A stretch of 64,000 bases of DNA, taken from Acanthaster planci. Taxonomy: Eukaryota. How positions within the stretch are numbered: the stretch's first letter is position 1; the number at the start of each line of letters is the position of its first letter. The notes beneath the pieces were generated by a model. That model did no database searches, was not told where the DNA came from, and worked only from the letters and a program-made list of their open reading frames with translations. Positions 38,601 through 53,600 of this stretch are shown here, one piece after another. Where the stretch lies: assembly GCF_001949145.1 (NCBI RefSeq), contig NW_019091362.1, forward strand, positions 2,487,838 to 2,551,837, given 5' to 3'. A program made the translations under genes and the position numbers.

Positions 38601-41600
38601 CTCTGTTCCCCCTGCAACTCCAACCCTGATGACAAATTTCTATCACCAGGAAGAGAGCAAAGTGAAATGTGCAGCGCTGCTCCTGCATAATTAGCCAGGC
38701 ACAACCGTATACATTTTAACTACTCTTACCTAATCTGCTTTTTTTTTTCGTTTTCGTTTTATTTTAGTTCATAATTTGTTTGGGGTTTTGGTTTGAGTTA
38801 TTACAATGCGCCATCATGGCCCAGAAGCCAACTGCGCATGTGGCATGACATAAAAAACAAAAACAAAACATTAATATTTTAAACGTCACTAAAAAGTACA
38901 AGAAAAAGAATGGCAGTAATAATTCTAAAATGTCATTCTAAATTAAAAAATGATTCAATCTTTACTGGTAAATTTCCACTCCACCATTTATTCTTTTGGA
39001 TTTATTGTCAGCAGTTGCCATTTTCCTTCTCAATGCCTACATCTAATCAATCTTTTATCATAATTGTCAAACCCAAACAGTTTGCTGAGCGCTTGGTGCA
39101 CGAAAATACTCCGTACAGTCAGACACACAGGAGGGAAAAACAGCATTGATGTCATGAGTTTGAAATAGTCTGATGAATAGATTGACTACATCTCCTTGAA
39201 ACTGTATGCAAGAGCCAAGAATTAAAATATACAATATACACTGTGTATGTATCATCCTTGATAAGTGTGTGCCAATGCATTATCATATCATTACACAGAT
39301 AACATATGTACACTTCCAATGTACATGTAGAAAACACACTTGTGGTATGCAAAATGTTCGCCATGCTAATCTAATCAAGTCATAATTGCAACATGTCCCT
39401 GCCATGAATGTGCATCTACACTAATTATTAAAACAACAGGATTCCAGGAAGGCCTGGGGCTGTCATCCATTCACTCTCTGTGGGTGGACACAGGGTCTCC
39501 TGCTTGGAAACAACCAGCCAAGCAACGCTGCTGCGCGATGACACCAGTCGACGACGTATCAACCGCTGACTCATAATGAGTGTAAATTGCTGGAGCCGTA
39601 ACCCTGACACACACGAGCATACACAGTGCATGGGAAATATGCATATCTTGATGAGCAACGAATGTGTAATGCACTGACGATGCAATGTCAATGCATCCAA
39701 ATTTGTTACTGTCTTCACATCAACATGTTTGCTGCCTGATTCAGTGAATAATTTCCAGTCCTAGCCAAGGTTACCCCTTCACTTTGTAATTGTAAAATCT
39801 TCTTCGAAAGCATCAAGGAATTCTGACAGTTAGGAAATTCTACAAATCTTTTAAATTTTTTTCTCCTTCTTTTGTAACAGATATTAATGACATTCAAACT
39901 TAAAAAATTGCATCTATAATGTCCCTGACATCAAAAATGTCTAAAGAGCCGTTTACATGTTTATTTACAATTTGTGGCAACATACAAGTATGATATCTTC
40001 AGGCTGAGATTGTACGTAATTTAATTACTGTTTATTATCATGTATGATGAGGATTCGTACTTCATTACCTTGTAAAACCATTGTAACTCCTTCAAATCTT
40101 GCAAAATGCGTATATAACATGCATACATGTACCTTGTCCATGTACCAAAATGCATATATAACATGCATACATGTACATGTACCTTGTCTTAAATGTTGCT
40201 TGTAAACAACGTAAATGTAAACTGTGACTGCCAAAGCACTGACAGAAACACAAACAAAAACAGTCACAGCAATTTGATACATGTCTGATCTTATCTATAC
40301 AGGAAACAAGAGCATGATTCCTGTTGATACCAAAATGTTTGAATGTCCTTGAATTTTTATTGCCTTGTCTTCACACAAGCGTGACATTAGGTATATGTAT
40401 CTTTCCTGCATACAGCAATACCTTCCTGATATCAATAAGTTTACTGAGGGACTACAAAAAACAGCATCAACAGATCAGAGTCATAGTTAAAGGGGTAGTG
40501 TAACCCCAAGCCTGGGTAGATAGAAATCTGATGGAAAATTTGAGCCAGCCCAAAACTCCTGGGAATTTCTGCCATCCCAGCGCACACAGAGAATACGTAA
40601 TCTGACAGGGCAGGTGCTGTTTTTTTGGAGTGGTGCTGGCCGGCAATTCTTGCTAGCATGTCAATAATGCAGAGTGACTGTTAGTGAGTAAGGAAGGGGG
40701 GAAAAATAGGGGTAGGTCTGGGATGAAACAACGTGTAGAGAGCAGGATGGCAACGAGAAGAAAAAGAGGTCAGAAGGAGGCGCAGTGGGAGATGAAAAGT
40801 TGAGATCATGCAAGGAGACGGAGACCAGTGGGATGAGATGAGTAGGGAGCACAGGGAAAGTGTTGAGCCAAGACGAGTAGGGATGCACGGGGTACAGAGA
40901 GCCCTGGATGATGATGAACTTGGATACGCACAGGGACGATGGGCCAAGGGGGAGAAGATGCATTAAGCTACCTGGCGAACTTTAACAGGGGGGATGGGGT
41001 GGGAATATATACCTGTGCCGCAAAGCACTCTGTGCACACTGGGACTTCATTCAATGCGTAATACAAGTTGGGCTACACTACCACATGCCCATGTGCCTGA
41101 TGTAGGGCCATGCATCACATATGTACAGCAGGTACACGTACATTCTGCCCTTCAATTACACGGACACTCATAACCTTCAACCTGAATGTAACAAACTGTT
41201 GCACCCAAATGTAATGTCCCCTGGCACAATAATACTGCCAATTGTTCCTCATTTTCATCAACTCATACCTGTCTGGAAACATGGGGGAGAGGGAATACGA
41301 GCCTGTGCAACAAAGATTCCACGAGATTCTCTTGCAAGCAGGAAGGTTACAGAAGAAGCGGAAAATGGGAAAAAACAACATCAACACCGGGTTTCTTTGA
41401 AAGATGAAAAGACACTCAGCACAAAGTGTTGAGTTTCAACATCAACTGACCTTACCTTCAGGGCATTTTTACAAGGAACCTGACAGAATCTGCCTGAATC
41501 CAATATCAACAACTGTGGCAAGGTTGGGAGGAGAGAAGCATCCAGCTTGGCTGCACAGTTCTGGTGAGCGTATCTGTCACCATCACTCAAAACCAGGCAA

Positions 41601-44600
41601 TGAATTTTGGGTGGATTTGGGAGAGATTAGGATTCAGTGACAACTGACCACCACGCCAACCCGTTGAGACAAGCATCCAATCAGGGGATGACAATGAAGA
41701 ATTACTACTACAAGATGAATGTTCAAAATGTTACATTGCCAAACACAAAATTGTTGTTTTTTCCTGATGCTCAAATCAATTCATATATGTACAAAATGAC
41801 ACAAAATTAAGGATAATTATTCTCGTTTTTGTTCATTTCAAGTCAGATTTTATACATGTACAAATTACCTGATGAACAAGACACTAAAATTTGGAACATT
41901 TGGTTGTCCACAACAATTGATGTTTCAGACACAAATTCTCTGGAGGACCATCAACTACATGACCGCCCAGAGGTTGCCTTCAATGCCACATTTTGTGTCT
42001 TTATTGCACCCTCATGACCAGCGGTTGGGAAACATAACCCCTGCCCACTAACAGCAACCACATGCGGTCAGCTCATCTGTTGGCAACATTGCTCACTACA
42101 TGGTTGAACATGTGTACCAAATAGTTGGGCTAGTGTGCGTCACCCGTCACGCTGATTGTGGGACATTTCCCTGAACCGAGGTAAGAGATCAGTGTGGACT
42201 TTACTGATTGGGATCAGACAGTTTGATATGGTCTTGCGAGAGGGAGGGGGGGTTGAAGCTTCCTTCCCCTTTGTTATTATTACAATTCCTTCTGTGGGTT
42301 ATACTCAAATGTGCCCAGGGGCCTGACGAAATCAAGAAAGAAGAACACAAAGAAGAAATGTCTAGTTTCAGATTTTGGAGGAAAACATCAAAATGACATT
42401 TCAGAGAATCAGGTCTGGACTGAAAAACCCGGTCCCAAACAACGACCTTGGCAGGATTCAGACCTGGGCCACAGAGGCTGAAGGCAAAAAACTAATGCAC
42501 CAACCCAGCTCATGCTCATGCCCCATCTGCACACCCCACCCAAGTAACAAGAAATTGGGGTACTGGAGGGTTGATTAAACAAACATACGGCTGAGAAATT
42601 TGGCTGCTCCCTTTAGCGGAATGTCTTCATACCAAATCTCTAAGAAATCACCACCACGCAGGTTTTGAATCTACTCCTGTACTCGTGGTGTAAACTCACA
42701 ACCCTACTAAGGCCAAAAACAAAAAGTCTTTAGTCTCTGATCAGCGCAAGCGTCGATTTCAAGCACTGTCAACTTATAATCATAAAGCTGGACCAATCCC
42801 ATGAGTCGACAACGTGTGTCTGAATTGTCTCTACAATCCAACCCAGCAGGAGGAAAAAAAGACAGAAAAAGCTGTGGGGGGAGGGTCTAAAGTCCAACCG
42901 GCAGCCTTGAACAGCCTCCTCCTTCCTCCCATCAAAAATATTGTGCTGTGGGAAAAGTGCTAATGTTTCTCTTGACGGAATCACTTCTGCAAAAACAGTA
43001 TCAGAGGTAAGACTATGTCTGTCGAAGCTACATACGTGTATATTTATGAACAAATCTCAAATGCGACTATTTACTGACTACGTGTAAATGGTACACGATC
43101 TTAAAACTTAATGTGGAACATAAATGGTACAGGTACACCTGCATGTAACAACTCTGAGCAACGTTGATTATGGAAGGGGAAAACAAAACACAAGTCAGTC
43201 CAGTGAGTCAGTCTGATTGCGATCTCAGGCTGTCGTCTGTTGGAACAACTGGTAGCCATGTTTTTCAAATGATAAGTATAGGCAGTTCTGTAAGTCGCCA
43301 CACAACGGCCTAGATTACATTATTTGCATGAGCTGGAAATGTTTACTCATGTAACAGTCTCGTTTGAAATAACACAGCATTTTGATAGAAGAAGAAAAAA
43401 ATGGATTGCACGGCCCAGCTTATATCCGTCCATGTCCGTCTGATGACAGGTTGTGACTGCAATTTGAGAGAAACCCAATTACGTTTTCGCAAATGTAGAA
43501 CAGAGCCCAAAGCAATCCGAATTTCAGGCGGAGCGAAGAATCCACAAGTACATGAATCTGTGTCATCTGTGCCAATTGGTTGGGGCAAAAATCAATCGTC
43601 TGACCTCCTGGGCTATTCAGAGAGAATCTGGGCAGCGTTCCATTCCACAGAAGGGAAAGAAATGGGTTTGGCAATAATACAATTTTCCTTTTTTTTCCAT
43701 TTGAACAAACTGTCATCGTGGAAGAATGAAACCAAACAGGCAACGGCCCGGGCAATGGCAAATGAATCATGGCATGTTCTCACAGCTCAACCGTACAGGG
43801 CTCAGGGCAATGCAAAATAGCTTTAAAGGTCACTGGTATCTTGCACACGCATGGTTTGTAAACACTTCCTAATCACCTTACAAAATGGTGACCGACGCAG
43901 TGGCTGTGACATCAGCATTGATTCCACCAACATCTTGAGGTTTAATATTAAACAGACTGTAAACTGTACACAGTTTCTTGCTAGGTCCCTTTTTGGAAAA
44001 GTGAATTTTGCTTGTGTCCTGGTGTTAAGGGTTTTCAGAAAATCTAACACAATTAAAGAAACTAATGGCAGCAGTGGGATTTCAGTGGGAGAACTCTGTA
44101 TAATAAGCGGCATAGCAATGAAGGGTCAGGGTTGAGCACCATGACCAAAGAGGAAAAAATAATAAAATCCGTGCCCCATAAAGTGGCTAAAATGCTGCTA
44201 CATGCCACACATGCAAGTTTGTAATCGACGACCAAGGAACACTTCTCTTTCGGCTAATTTGTAAATGCAAAATTTATGTCTTTTTTTACCTTGGACAAAT
44301 TGGGTGGAGGAAAAACACATTTTTTGATGTCTTGAGGCATACAGTGTATGTCCTCTTATTCTAAACTATGTATTGGGCCTTTTGACAACACAATATGAGT
44401 TTTAAGAAATAATAAATCTATCATGACAACAAATAATAAACACGCCGCCATATTCAATAATCCATCTCATGATGAAATGCCACCAATTTCTTTCAACACA
44501 TGCTAGGCCAGAGTTGTAAATTAGAGAAACACATAACAAGTAATTGCATCAAGGTAAAACAAGCCAGCACATGCAGGTATGCAATAAGCATTGCTGAGTA

Positions 44601-47600
44601 GTCAAGGTCTTGAATTTCTCCTTAACAAGTGACGCGCTGGTCTACTGCAGGAACTACATGTAGGCCGATAGTAGATGCCAGAGATTTTTCATTCTCAATT
44701 GGCTCCATGTGTGCACAAATACGAGTGTAGAAAAATCATCCAATACGTGAGGGTGACTGGGAAAATTTGTCTGGGTTCTGACCGAGTGTGTAGCCTCGAC
44801 CCTCGGTGATTTGTAAATTAGCCTCTTTTAGAAAAGTCCCAGGACTCATCCAGGGGATGTGTGACCCAGAGGGTTTGCGCATTTACGATTCAAATTGTAT
44901 ACTAAATGAGCATGGGACGGTGAGAGAAAGAGGGAGGAATCACACATGTACGCTCAGCGAGGTGCGACCTACAATCATCCAAATGCTGACAAAACATCTG
45001 AGCTTTGGGGTTCAATTATTCTGCCAAAAAGCAGTGAACTCTAATCTCTGTGAATCTAAATCCTCATAGGCAGTGAGTACATTTACAGCTCCCCTTGGTG
45101 CAAGTGTACTGTGGACGTACATGTACATGTACAATGCTCAGAACAAACGTCCCAGTATTGCTACAAGTTATACTACAAAAACAGGAAATTTGAAGCGTGC
45201 GCACGAAGTATTTTGCAGGTGTGTTTGCCTTCTGCTTTTGCCACCGGTGACCCATTTAGGAGTGAAGTAAGAAATGCAGAGGTTATTTTTAGTAATATAC
45301 TTTAAAAGTGTTGCAATTCAGCCGGAGAAAGAAGTCGAGTTTTTACCCCGGATACAATTTGTTCAAAATGAGAAAAATGCCTTTGGAAGATGCTGGCAAC
45401 AGGATGAGCGCAAGGACATTATCTTAACAGTTGATTCTTGAGATTTAGGAAAGCAATGGTGATATTGACTTACAGTACAGCTTGGAATATGAGAGACTTC
45501 TCAAAAGAGCATTGGAATCATTTGGACGTATATGCATGAACTGTCCAATCCTTGTCTAATTACAAAAACCACCAGACAAAGACAAGAATGTGGCAGTCTA
45601 AAATCGGCACTTTATCATGCCTGTTGTCAATCACATGCATGAGCGGGACTATACAAAGCCTGGCTTGCACAAATAAACGATGGAATGTTCACACTACAAA
45701 ATGTATTTATTTATGCTCTGGTCTAGCTTAGAGTAGAAATAAATATGAGTTCAATGCTTATGTACATAAATTAAAAACCTATCACTATATTAAATAATAT
45801 AATTAGAACTAAACTTACTGAGTCGTTTATTTCCCTTTTAGATTGTTTGCATATTTTCACACACTGCAAATAAATTCCCCAGCAATGTGTTCAATCAATC
45901 TGTTATTACTTCCAGCTTATCCCAATTAAATTGATTGTTTCCTTCATCCTTCCTGAAGTTTATGTCCACAACAAGATCAGAAGCAAAAGTTCAGTACATC
46001 CACCACCCCTTATTTTCACTGAGAACTTGACCTTCCTAAAAATCAGCCAAATCTTCCACTGTGCAGCAAGCCAATGGCACATTCTCAATTCTCGGTCACC
46101 AAGTTACATGTAACTTACATAATGGCCAGGTTCTGCCACCAACAATTCTTCAAAATCCCCTCCCCTCAAAAAAAAAAAGAACAGGTTAATTTTAAAGTAT
46201 CTTGGAAAACAGTAATTGAAACAAACAAAGACAATGCCAAAAAAAAAAGGATTCAAACTGTTTTTTTTAAGGCACAACCAGAACCACAGTAGCCTTTGTG
46301 TAATAAAAACGTAAATAAGAACTTCCAACAAGAACTTCCTCAGGAACCAAGACCCCCAAGTGCCGAGCAGCCAAAGTTCAAGAACCAAAACTGCAACTAG
46401 AGAGAGCTTGTGTCAGTTTGTAATCAGATTTAGACCACAAATCATTCTTTAAATCTCAACCCCTTTTGAAGACTTCAATCCTGAGGACACCTTTACTTGG
46501 TATCTTTATTAATCAGAAATCACTTTTTATTTCAGGACAAAGTGGAAGGTTCAAGTCAAATTCCTCTCAACTTTCCAAGGCTGATGACAAAAAGACCGTA
46601 AATGGAAGGGCGTGCTTCCAATTTTCATTGATTTTCACCTATTTTGTAAACCCAAGGCGAATCTGATACATACAGGGGATGACTCAACTGTTTATGTCAA
46701 ACCATCAAAGCAGCTCATCCCATTTGTTGTCAGTGCCTTCTGAAAAGGCTTTCAATATCACTAGGCAATTCTTTCCATAGAAGGATTTTCTTCATTCTGT
46801 CAGAGCACTATGAAATTACGGAGATTGAATGCAGAGTGGTCATGGGAGGACAGCATTCACAAACCCACTGTTTGTTCCATCAATTTTTTTTTTTTGTTGG
46901 TGAGGTGCAAAGGACGCAAGATGTGATTTAAACATGGAGAGGATGAGCGGCCTGCATACCAGTGACTATAAAATACGAACTGCAGGCTTGCAGCATTGTG
47001 CATAGCAATTTGGTTTGGAGACATCAAAAGTAAGGGCTTTGGGACATAAATCACAAGCTCCACATGGCATATTGAGCATCAATGATTCCTTTCGGATTGA
47101 TTTGTCCGAAAGAAGAAACACAAGAAATGATTATGTGCGTTTTTAGACTAAAAAGCCAAACCTACCATACAGACTCAGGACACAGCCCACTGCTTTTCTT
47201 CCTTTACTGAAAAAATAAAAAATCTAAATTATCACTTAATTCAACTCCATTGAAGGCCGCCTTTAAACATCTTCTTCTCACCAGGGAACAAGTACTCCTG
47301 ATTTAGCAACTTCACAGTGCTGTATGATAGACCAAACAAGGAAACTGAGTAGGGAGTTGCCAACAAGTTAGTGGAACCGCGTTTTGAAGCTTTGATTCTT
47401 CCGGAACTCCAGCTCCAAGCAGTTTGCAACAGGGGACAATAAGGGCACCCACAGAAATCTGACTGGTTGGTAATGAGGCATGAATATTAAATCCCAAAGT
47501 AAAGTCTGGGAGAGCCAGTGGAAATGAAACTTGACGGGGAGAGAATTGGGTTCAGTGCACTTTATGGCACAGGTTGCGGTGAACCAGTTAAAACAGTCCA

Positions 47601-50600
47601 ATGATCATGTCAATAAGTCCCATTCCTACCAACTCGGCAAACGTTTGTCGAAACTTGTTCCAAAACTTGTCTATAACATTTTCAATTCAGCTCTCTTTAC
47701 CTCAAATGATGGGGCCACCTTTGGGGCCCCATCATTTGAACACTTCTTGTTAGCTTCACTTCATTCCAATTTCTGCAAGTACCATTGTTCCAATAGGCTA
47801 CCTATCCCAAAATACAGTAGATACCTGCCTTGCCCATAATTCTGCCAACACAGTAGGTCTAACAATTCAAAGTCACTGGTTCAGAAAGTCAACTTGTGCT
47901 TAACCCCACAACGTTTACGTCAAAATATTTCAAAGTCAGTGATGGGCTTCGAAAAAAGTGCAAACCAACAAAAACATAGGGTCAAGGAAAAGTGTGGGGG
48001 CAATTGAATCTTTGGATGGTTCGATGGTGCGGGCGATATTGAGTCTTTTAGACTTTTTTTAATACATAATTGTATTTTTCAGCAAATTTGTACAGAGTGT
48101 GCATCAATCACTGAGGCACAATGAAACCCAAACAATGGCTGACCAATGTGGCTAGTAAAAACTAGTCCTTTGGGAGTTGGATTTTATCATCCTCTTCTCT
48201 TTGGTTGAAATTGAAACTGTTCTTGGACAAAAGCACCGACATTTCAGCATCGGTGATTTTAAGACAAAAGGCCCACTGAGCACATACGTATTTTGTTTCC
48301 AAGGATACCAGCATGTGCAGTTGAAAGTTGCGAGACAGCGATGCCTGCAGCTGTAGGCCTAGTTACGGTTGCCTGCAACCTCCTGCGAGGTTTGCTGACA
48401 CCCTTAATGCTCTTCTTCCAGCTCAAAGCAACCTAGTCTCCCTCCCCCCCACTCCATCCCTATGTTGTACATCTCAGCTTTGATGAGGGTCAGATGTTGG
48501 TCAGAGAAGTTTTGGTCCTGATACAGGGTTGAATTCAGTTCAATATTCATGCACACAGATGTGGAACTCGTCTACTTTTGACCCTAGCCAATTTGACAAC
48601 AGTACAGTTCCACCACAGCGGGCAACGACTAATCGAAGAAGTAAGGAGGCCTCCACAGGTACCTGCTGACATGTTATGCAGAAGGTCATATCTTCACACC
48701 ACTTGAGTTATGGCATCCCCGGGCCCAAAATGCAAAAAAATGCCATGTGCTTGACCAAGTGTAGTAGCTAGAGGCAATGTTCTAGTTGAGTCCATCACAA
48801 GGCCCTGCAAGTCCATCATAAGTCCGTCACATGTCATCCAGTCATTCAGCCGCATCAAAAGCAAATTCAAATGAACCTTGTCAAAAGCGATCCTCTGTCA
48901 CTGTTAACCCAGCTGTTTTTACTGGTCTTGCATGTGATCTTCAGAGACTGGACTTGTGATGAACTCAACCACAACACCGGCTACAGGGCCGGGGAAAAAG
49001 GGGCACAGAGAAGGGGTTGTGAAGGGAACAGTTCAGTGCTAATATGGGAAATGTGAAATTATTGGAGGTACTGTCGCCATCACTAGATTTTCCTAGCTTT
49101 CCATTTTCACTGACAAAGCCCCATTCTCTCATCACTCCTAAATGCCAATCTACAAAAACTTCAATTTTTCCGAAATGTGTCAGCCCTGGCTCACCTTCAA
49201 GGCAAGTAATAATTTTCAAGGTCGCTGGGGGTGTGACCGACCTGTTTCTATGGATAAACCAGTGCACTAACTTGCTAAGAAGCCACAAGAGAAACCAGGA
49301 GAAGCTATGAAACAACAGAAGCCGCAGCCCACCTATGTAACTCTGATTTGCATTTCACTGCATTTTATTACATAATGCACTGATGACATCATCCAACCTG
49401 GACTAGTTTGTAGCATGTTCATCACCAGCATATCCAGAAAAGGGGGTGGTGCACACAATGTGCACCCCTCCCCCCATCTCAAAAAGCTGGGCGGTCCCTC
49501 AGAAATACATCGTTTGCCATCAGACAAAATCACCTACAGGACATCCAATATGAAGGGCAAACAAATCCTTTGCTTACTCATCTAATTTAGGATCACTACA
49601 AATATCAAGTGTATGTTCAAAACAGGAAAGCAATGTTGGCTCTTTAAATCCTGTAGCCATTTTTTTTTTATTAACGTCACTTTGAAAAGTTCTTAGCTCA
49701 AATCTGATGTACTGAATAGTGATAACACAAAAGCCTGAGAGAAGTATTAATTATAATATAATAATCCATAACATGTACATGTACAGACAATCTAAAATTC
49801 ATCTCCAACAAACCAAATCCCAGTACATATAGACATTTTGTTTTTTATGAATGACAAACCTGTAGTATTCACACACCTTTTCCCAGCCACACGGTCGGTC
49901 GTAAAATCTATTGATCCAGATCAAGAATTATTATATCCATGCCTGGGTAGCACATAGGTGGCCCGTCATCTGGAGTGTGTACACACAAGCCGTCTACATT
50001 ATCCCTAGTATGCCCACTAGCCATCCAAACGTTGGGCACCACTGCACCTAATCCTTGACAGTACTGTACACTGATATGTTACACCATCACAGCAGAAACC
50101 TCAAGGAAAGCACTCTCTCTACACGTTACACACACTGTACATGAAGTGCAGTACAACTGGACAAGTATACACACAATGACTGTAATGTGTGGCACGTGCA
50201 GAGCTCGCGTGGCCTTAATGGAAGACCCCCCACGGAACATACATTATTCATGAGCCGGTTGGAGGTTTTTGAAGGTTGGGCTCACGATCGTTGAGTGAGT
50301 AGTAGTCATGTGGGTTTCGGAGGGGAGAAGGTATTTATCATATTTGGTGTGTGATCAGCCCATCAGACAAATGGTGAGAGCAGATATGAAACTAATTGAA
50401 AAATGTCCCTCATTACTTTAGAATAAAGAGGCTCATGTGTGCAAAACAAAAATGAAGAAATGATGTATTTTAAAACAAAAATTTCACTTTGGAAAAAAAT
50501 CAATAACCAGATCAATAGATTTTTTTCCAGATTTCTTTGTCTACTGATTTCTAATCCAGTTCATTTCCAATCTTGTTTATACTGTCATTAAGATTTTTAA

Positions 50601-53600
50601 AAAAGGTACAATTTGATTAGCCATCTTTAAGAGTGGTTACTTTTCAGCTCATTATTTTGTTATTAAAATTTGACGAAGCTTGTCAAAGTCCCACTCAAAA
50701 ACAATAAATAAATAACTATGGAGGAGACGTTAAAAGACATCTTCACAGTCAGTAATTCAACACTGCCATCTGTTTCAAATTATCTATATTTATTTTATTT
50801 TATGATTTAGAGTATGCAGCAGCAACTAAGAAATTCTGGTTTGAATGGAAGAAAATGTGACATTTAGTGTTTCTAGCCTATTTATTATTTTCCTCGGTTT
50901 GAGACAATCTACATGTATGTTTACACCACTGCATCAGATATGTGAGCATGGATATGACCCGTTAATTGTGCCAAGTTACGACCCCATTCTTTGAGGACAA
51001 TACAATTAGCCATTCCATTACCTTGGTACGGTACTGCAGCCTCCAATGTTTATGGATTTCCCCCTCCATTTGAGCACTTTCGCACCCCCGTCTTAATGAG
51101 GAGAATCGAAAATGGGCAAGGGCTGCCTAGTAGGGCAGTAAATTAGAGCTGCAATAATCAATGGCACGTGCGTCACTGTCCATACGCGGAGGGGTTACAT
51201 GGTTATGTAATGGAAGGGTACGACAGAAGGACACATAGGTGGGAAGGGACCTGCATATACACCGGAACACTTCAAATCCAATTGTACATTTTGGGTTGAG
51301 AAACATTCTTTGCTCTCCAGTTCTAAACACAGTCTGCATAATCATCCTTCCTCCCGTGTCAGTTTAAATATAACAATAAAAACAAAGACAGATTCTCCAA
51401 GTTTAATGGCCTCAATCAGACCTCACTGCACAATGGTCAGTGGATCAGCATAAACTATTTGGAAACTTTGACCAATATGTTTCTAGCCGTAATTCTCTTG
51501 AGTGCTTTATAAGTACGGTGTTTACAATTCTCCATCTTGTAAAAACAACTATGGTTGGAGACTGGAATCATCTTCCTGGTTATCAGTCATCATAGCCAGC
51601 CCTTCAAATGAAAAACACTTAAGAGCCAACCTTCATGGTGTGGAGTCTCCACTACAACAAGTTACAAGTGGAAGAAAATGAATGCCCATTACAGAAAAAA
51701 AGATTCTGTCACAGTGTTAAAAAAAATGGTTGTTATGATCAACTGACCACTGTGTAGTGTGAGGCGTGAAGGAAATTGAATAACATTCACAGGGATTAAG
51801 GCCAAAGATCTGCACAGTTCAGAAGTTCCAAAATTTACTTTGTGGTTTGTGGTTATTTCAAAAATATTCAGGCAGACACTTTTTGGGGGTCGTGATGAGG
51901 AACAGTCAAATGTGCAGTCTATGAAAATAACTTTTTAATGCATAAGTCCAATAACAAAATAATCAGCATGCCTTTTCACACTTGTTTCAAATGGCTGCAT
52001 TTCAGACTTCAAGAGGAGTATCGAGAGTTTTATATCCTGGCCAAAAATACAATAATGACTGACATTGCTCAAAAGGTCTAATTCCATTGCAGCCAATTCA
52101 TAATGGGAAAACAGTACTGTGTGGAAGTTCTCTTGAGCCTTTGTTACCTTGGAAACTAGCTGGTATATGCTAAATTTCCTGTGCTTGTTGACAAAGCCAA
52201 CTTGGCATTTCATTTTCTGTTTTTACATATTTTTATATGCAATGTGGTTCAAATTATTTACTGCATTTACGGAAGAAACCCAGTTCTACAAAACCGTAAT
52301 GACTAGCCATCCTTCGAGAATAAGTCATCGTCAGGAAAAATTCCCTATGCCACATGAACACCCGATCACGATGCACATCTAGATTCTGAATCAAAGCAAT
52401 TTTTGAGATACCTGCATTTATACAAATTAGCTGGACGGGGCGGGAGAAGAAACAATTTATGTCAATGCCTCTGTCCCAATATGCCGAAGGTCCATCTTTC
52501 CTATAAAATGCAAATCAGTCAGCACCGATCTGTTTCCAATTGCCTAGGAGTGAAATGTATTTTTCCCCTCAACCAGCTCCCTAATGAGCATTCTGCTCCA
52601 ATTGAAGCAACCAGACAATGATGGAGCTCTTCTCTCAGCACTGCACAGAGACAGAGAGAGGGGGGAGGGACGTCTGGAGGGGTCATCAATTAATCCAATA
52701 GGGTCATCTGTAATAAACGATGGCATTGATTTCCTCCCGACATTGTTGTTGTTTCAAATAAACAATTGGGAGATCGGGCAAGGCCCATATTTTCCAAACT
52801 GGGTGAATCTACAAATCGTAAACATCTCTCGCTCTCAGAGGCCTTAGACTGACCTCAAGGGTCAATTCAATCTATTCAACTACCAGAGCCACCGTACTTC
52901 AGCGGTATCATGAAGAGAAAATTTGAGAGATATAAAAAACAATTTGTGATAAAGTACCAATTGAAATATCTGCCCTGAGGTGGTGAAATGTTCTTAAGGT
53001 GAAAATAGATGAATCATCAAAAATGGAAGAGGACATGTAATATATTGACACATCCAAAATGGTCGTGGGGAAACAAATAATTAAGAAGAATAATTTAGCC
53101 ACATTAGAAATAATCATATTCATCTTCCATTCTCCCAACTGTACAATTTTGGACAAACAAAGAAGCAAGTATTGCAGCAATACTTCTTCCCAAAGACAAC
53201 CTCTTCAGACCATCTCCAAATAAAAAAGAGAGAAAAGAACCAATGTTTAAAAACAAATGAAAATATGTGTGAAAATCAATTTGGGGTCAACCAAGGAAAA
53301 TTAAGGTTAGTACGATTCCTGCTTAACACCTCCAAAATTCTGTGTCATCTATGGTTTTTAAATCTATATTCCAGCATTGCAGGTCTGAATGCTAAAGCTT
53401 AACTACAGGCAAGTAGAAACTGCACGATCAAAAACCAATTAAAAAGCAGGCTCCAGTGACTCTGATGACACCAAGGATAACCACTGGCATTGTATGTAAT
53501 ACTCTCATCCAAAGAAATCTGTGATGCTGCTGTAGAAAGAGCCAATATAGTCTTCTTGTTGATATGTCAATGTGTACTTCTATTCAATTGCCAGTAAGTT

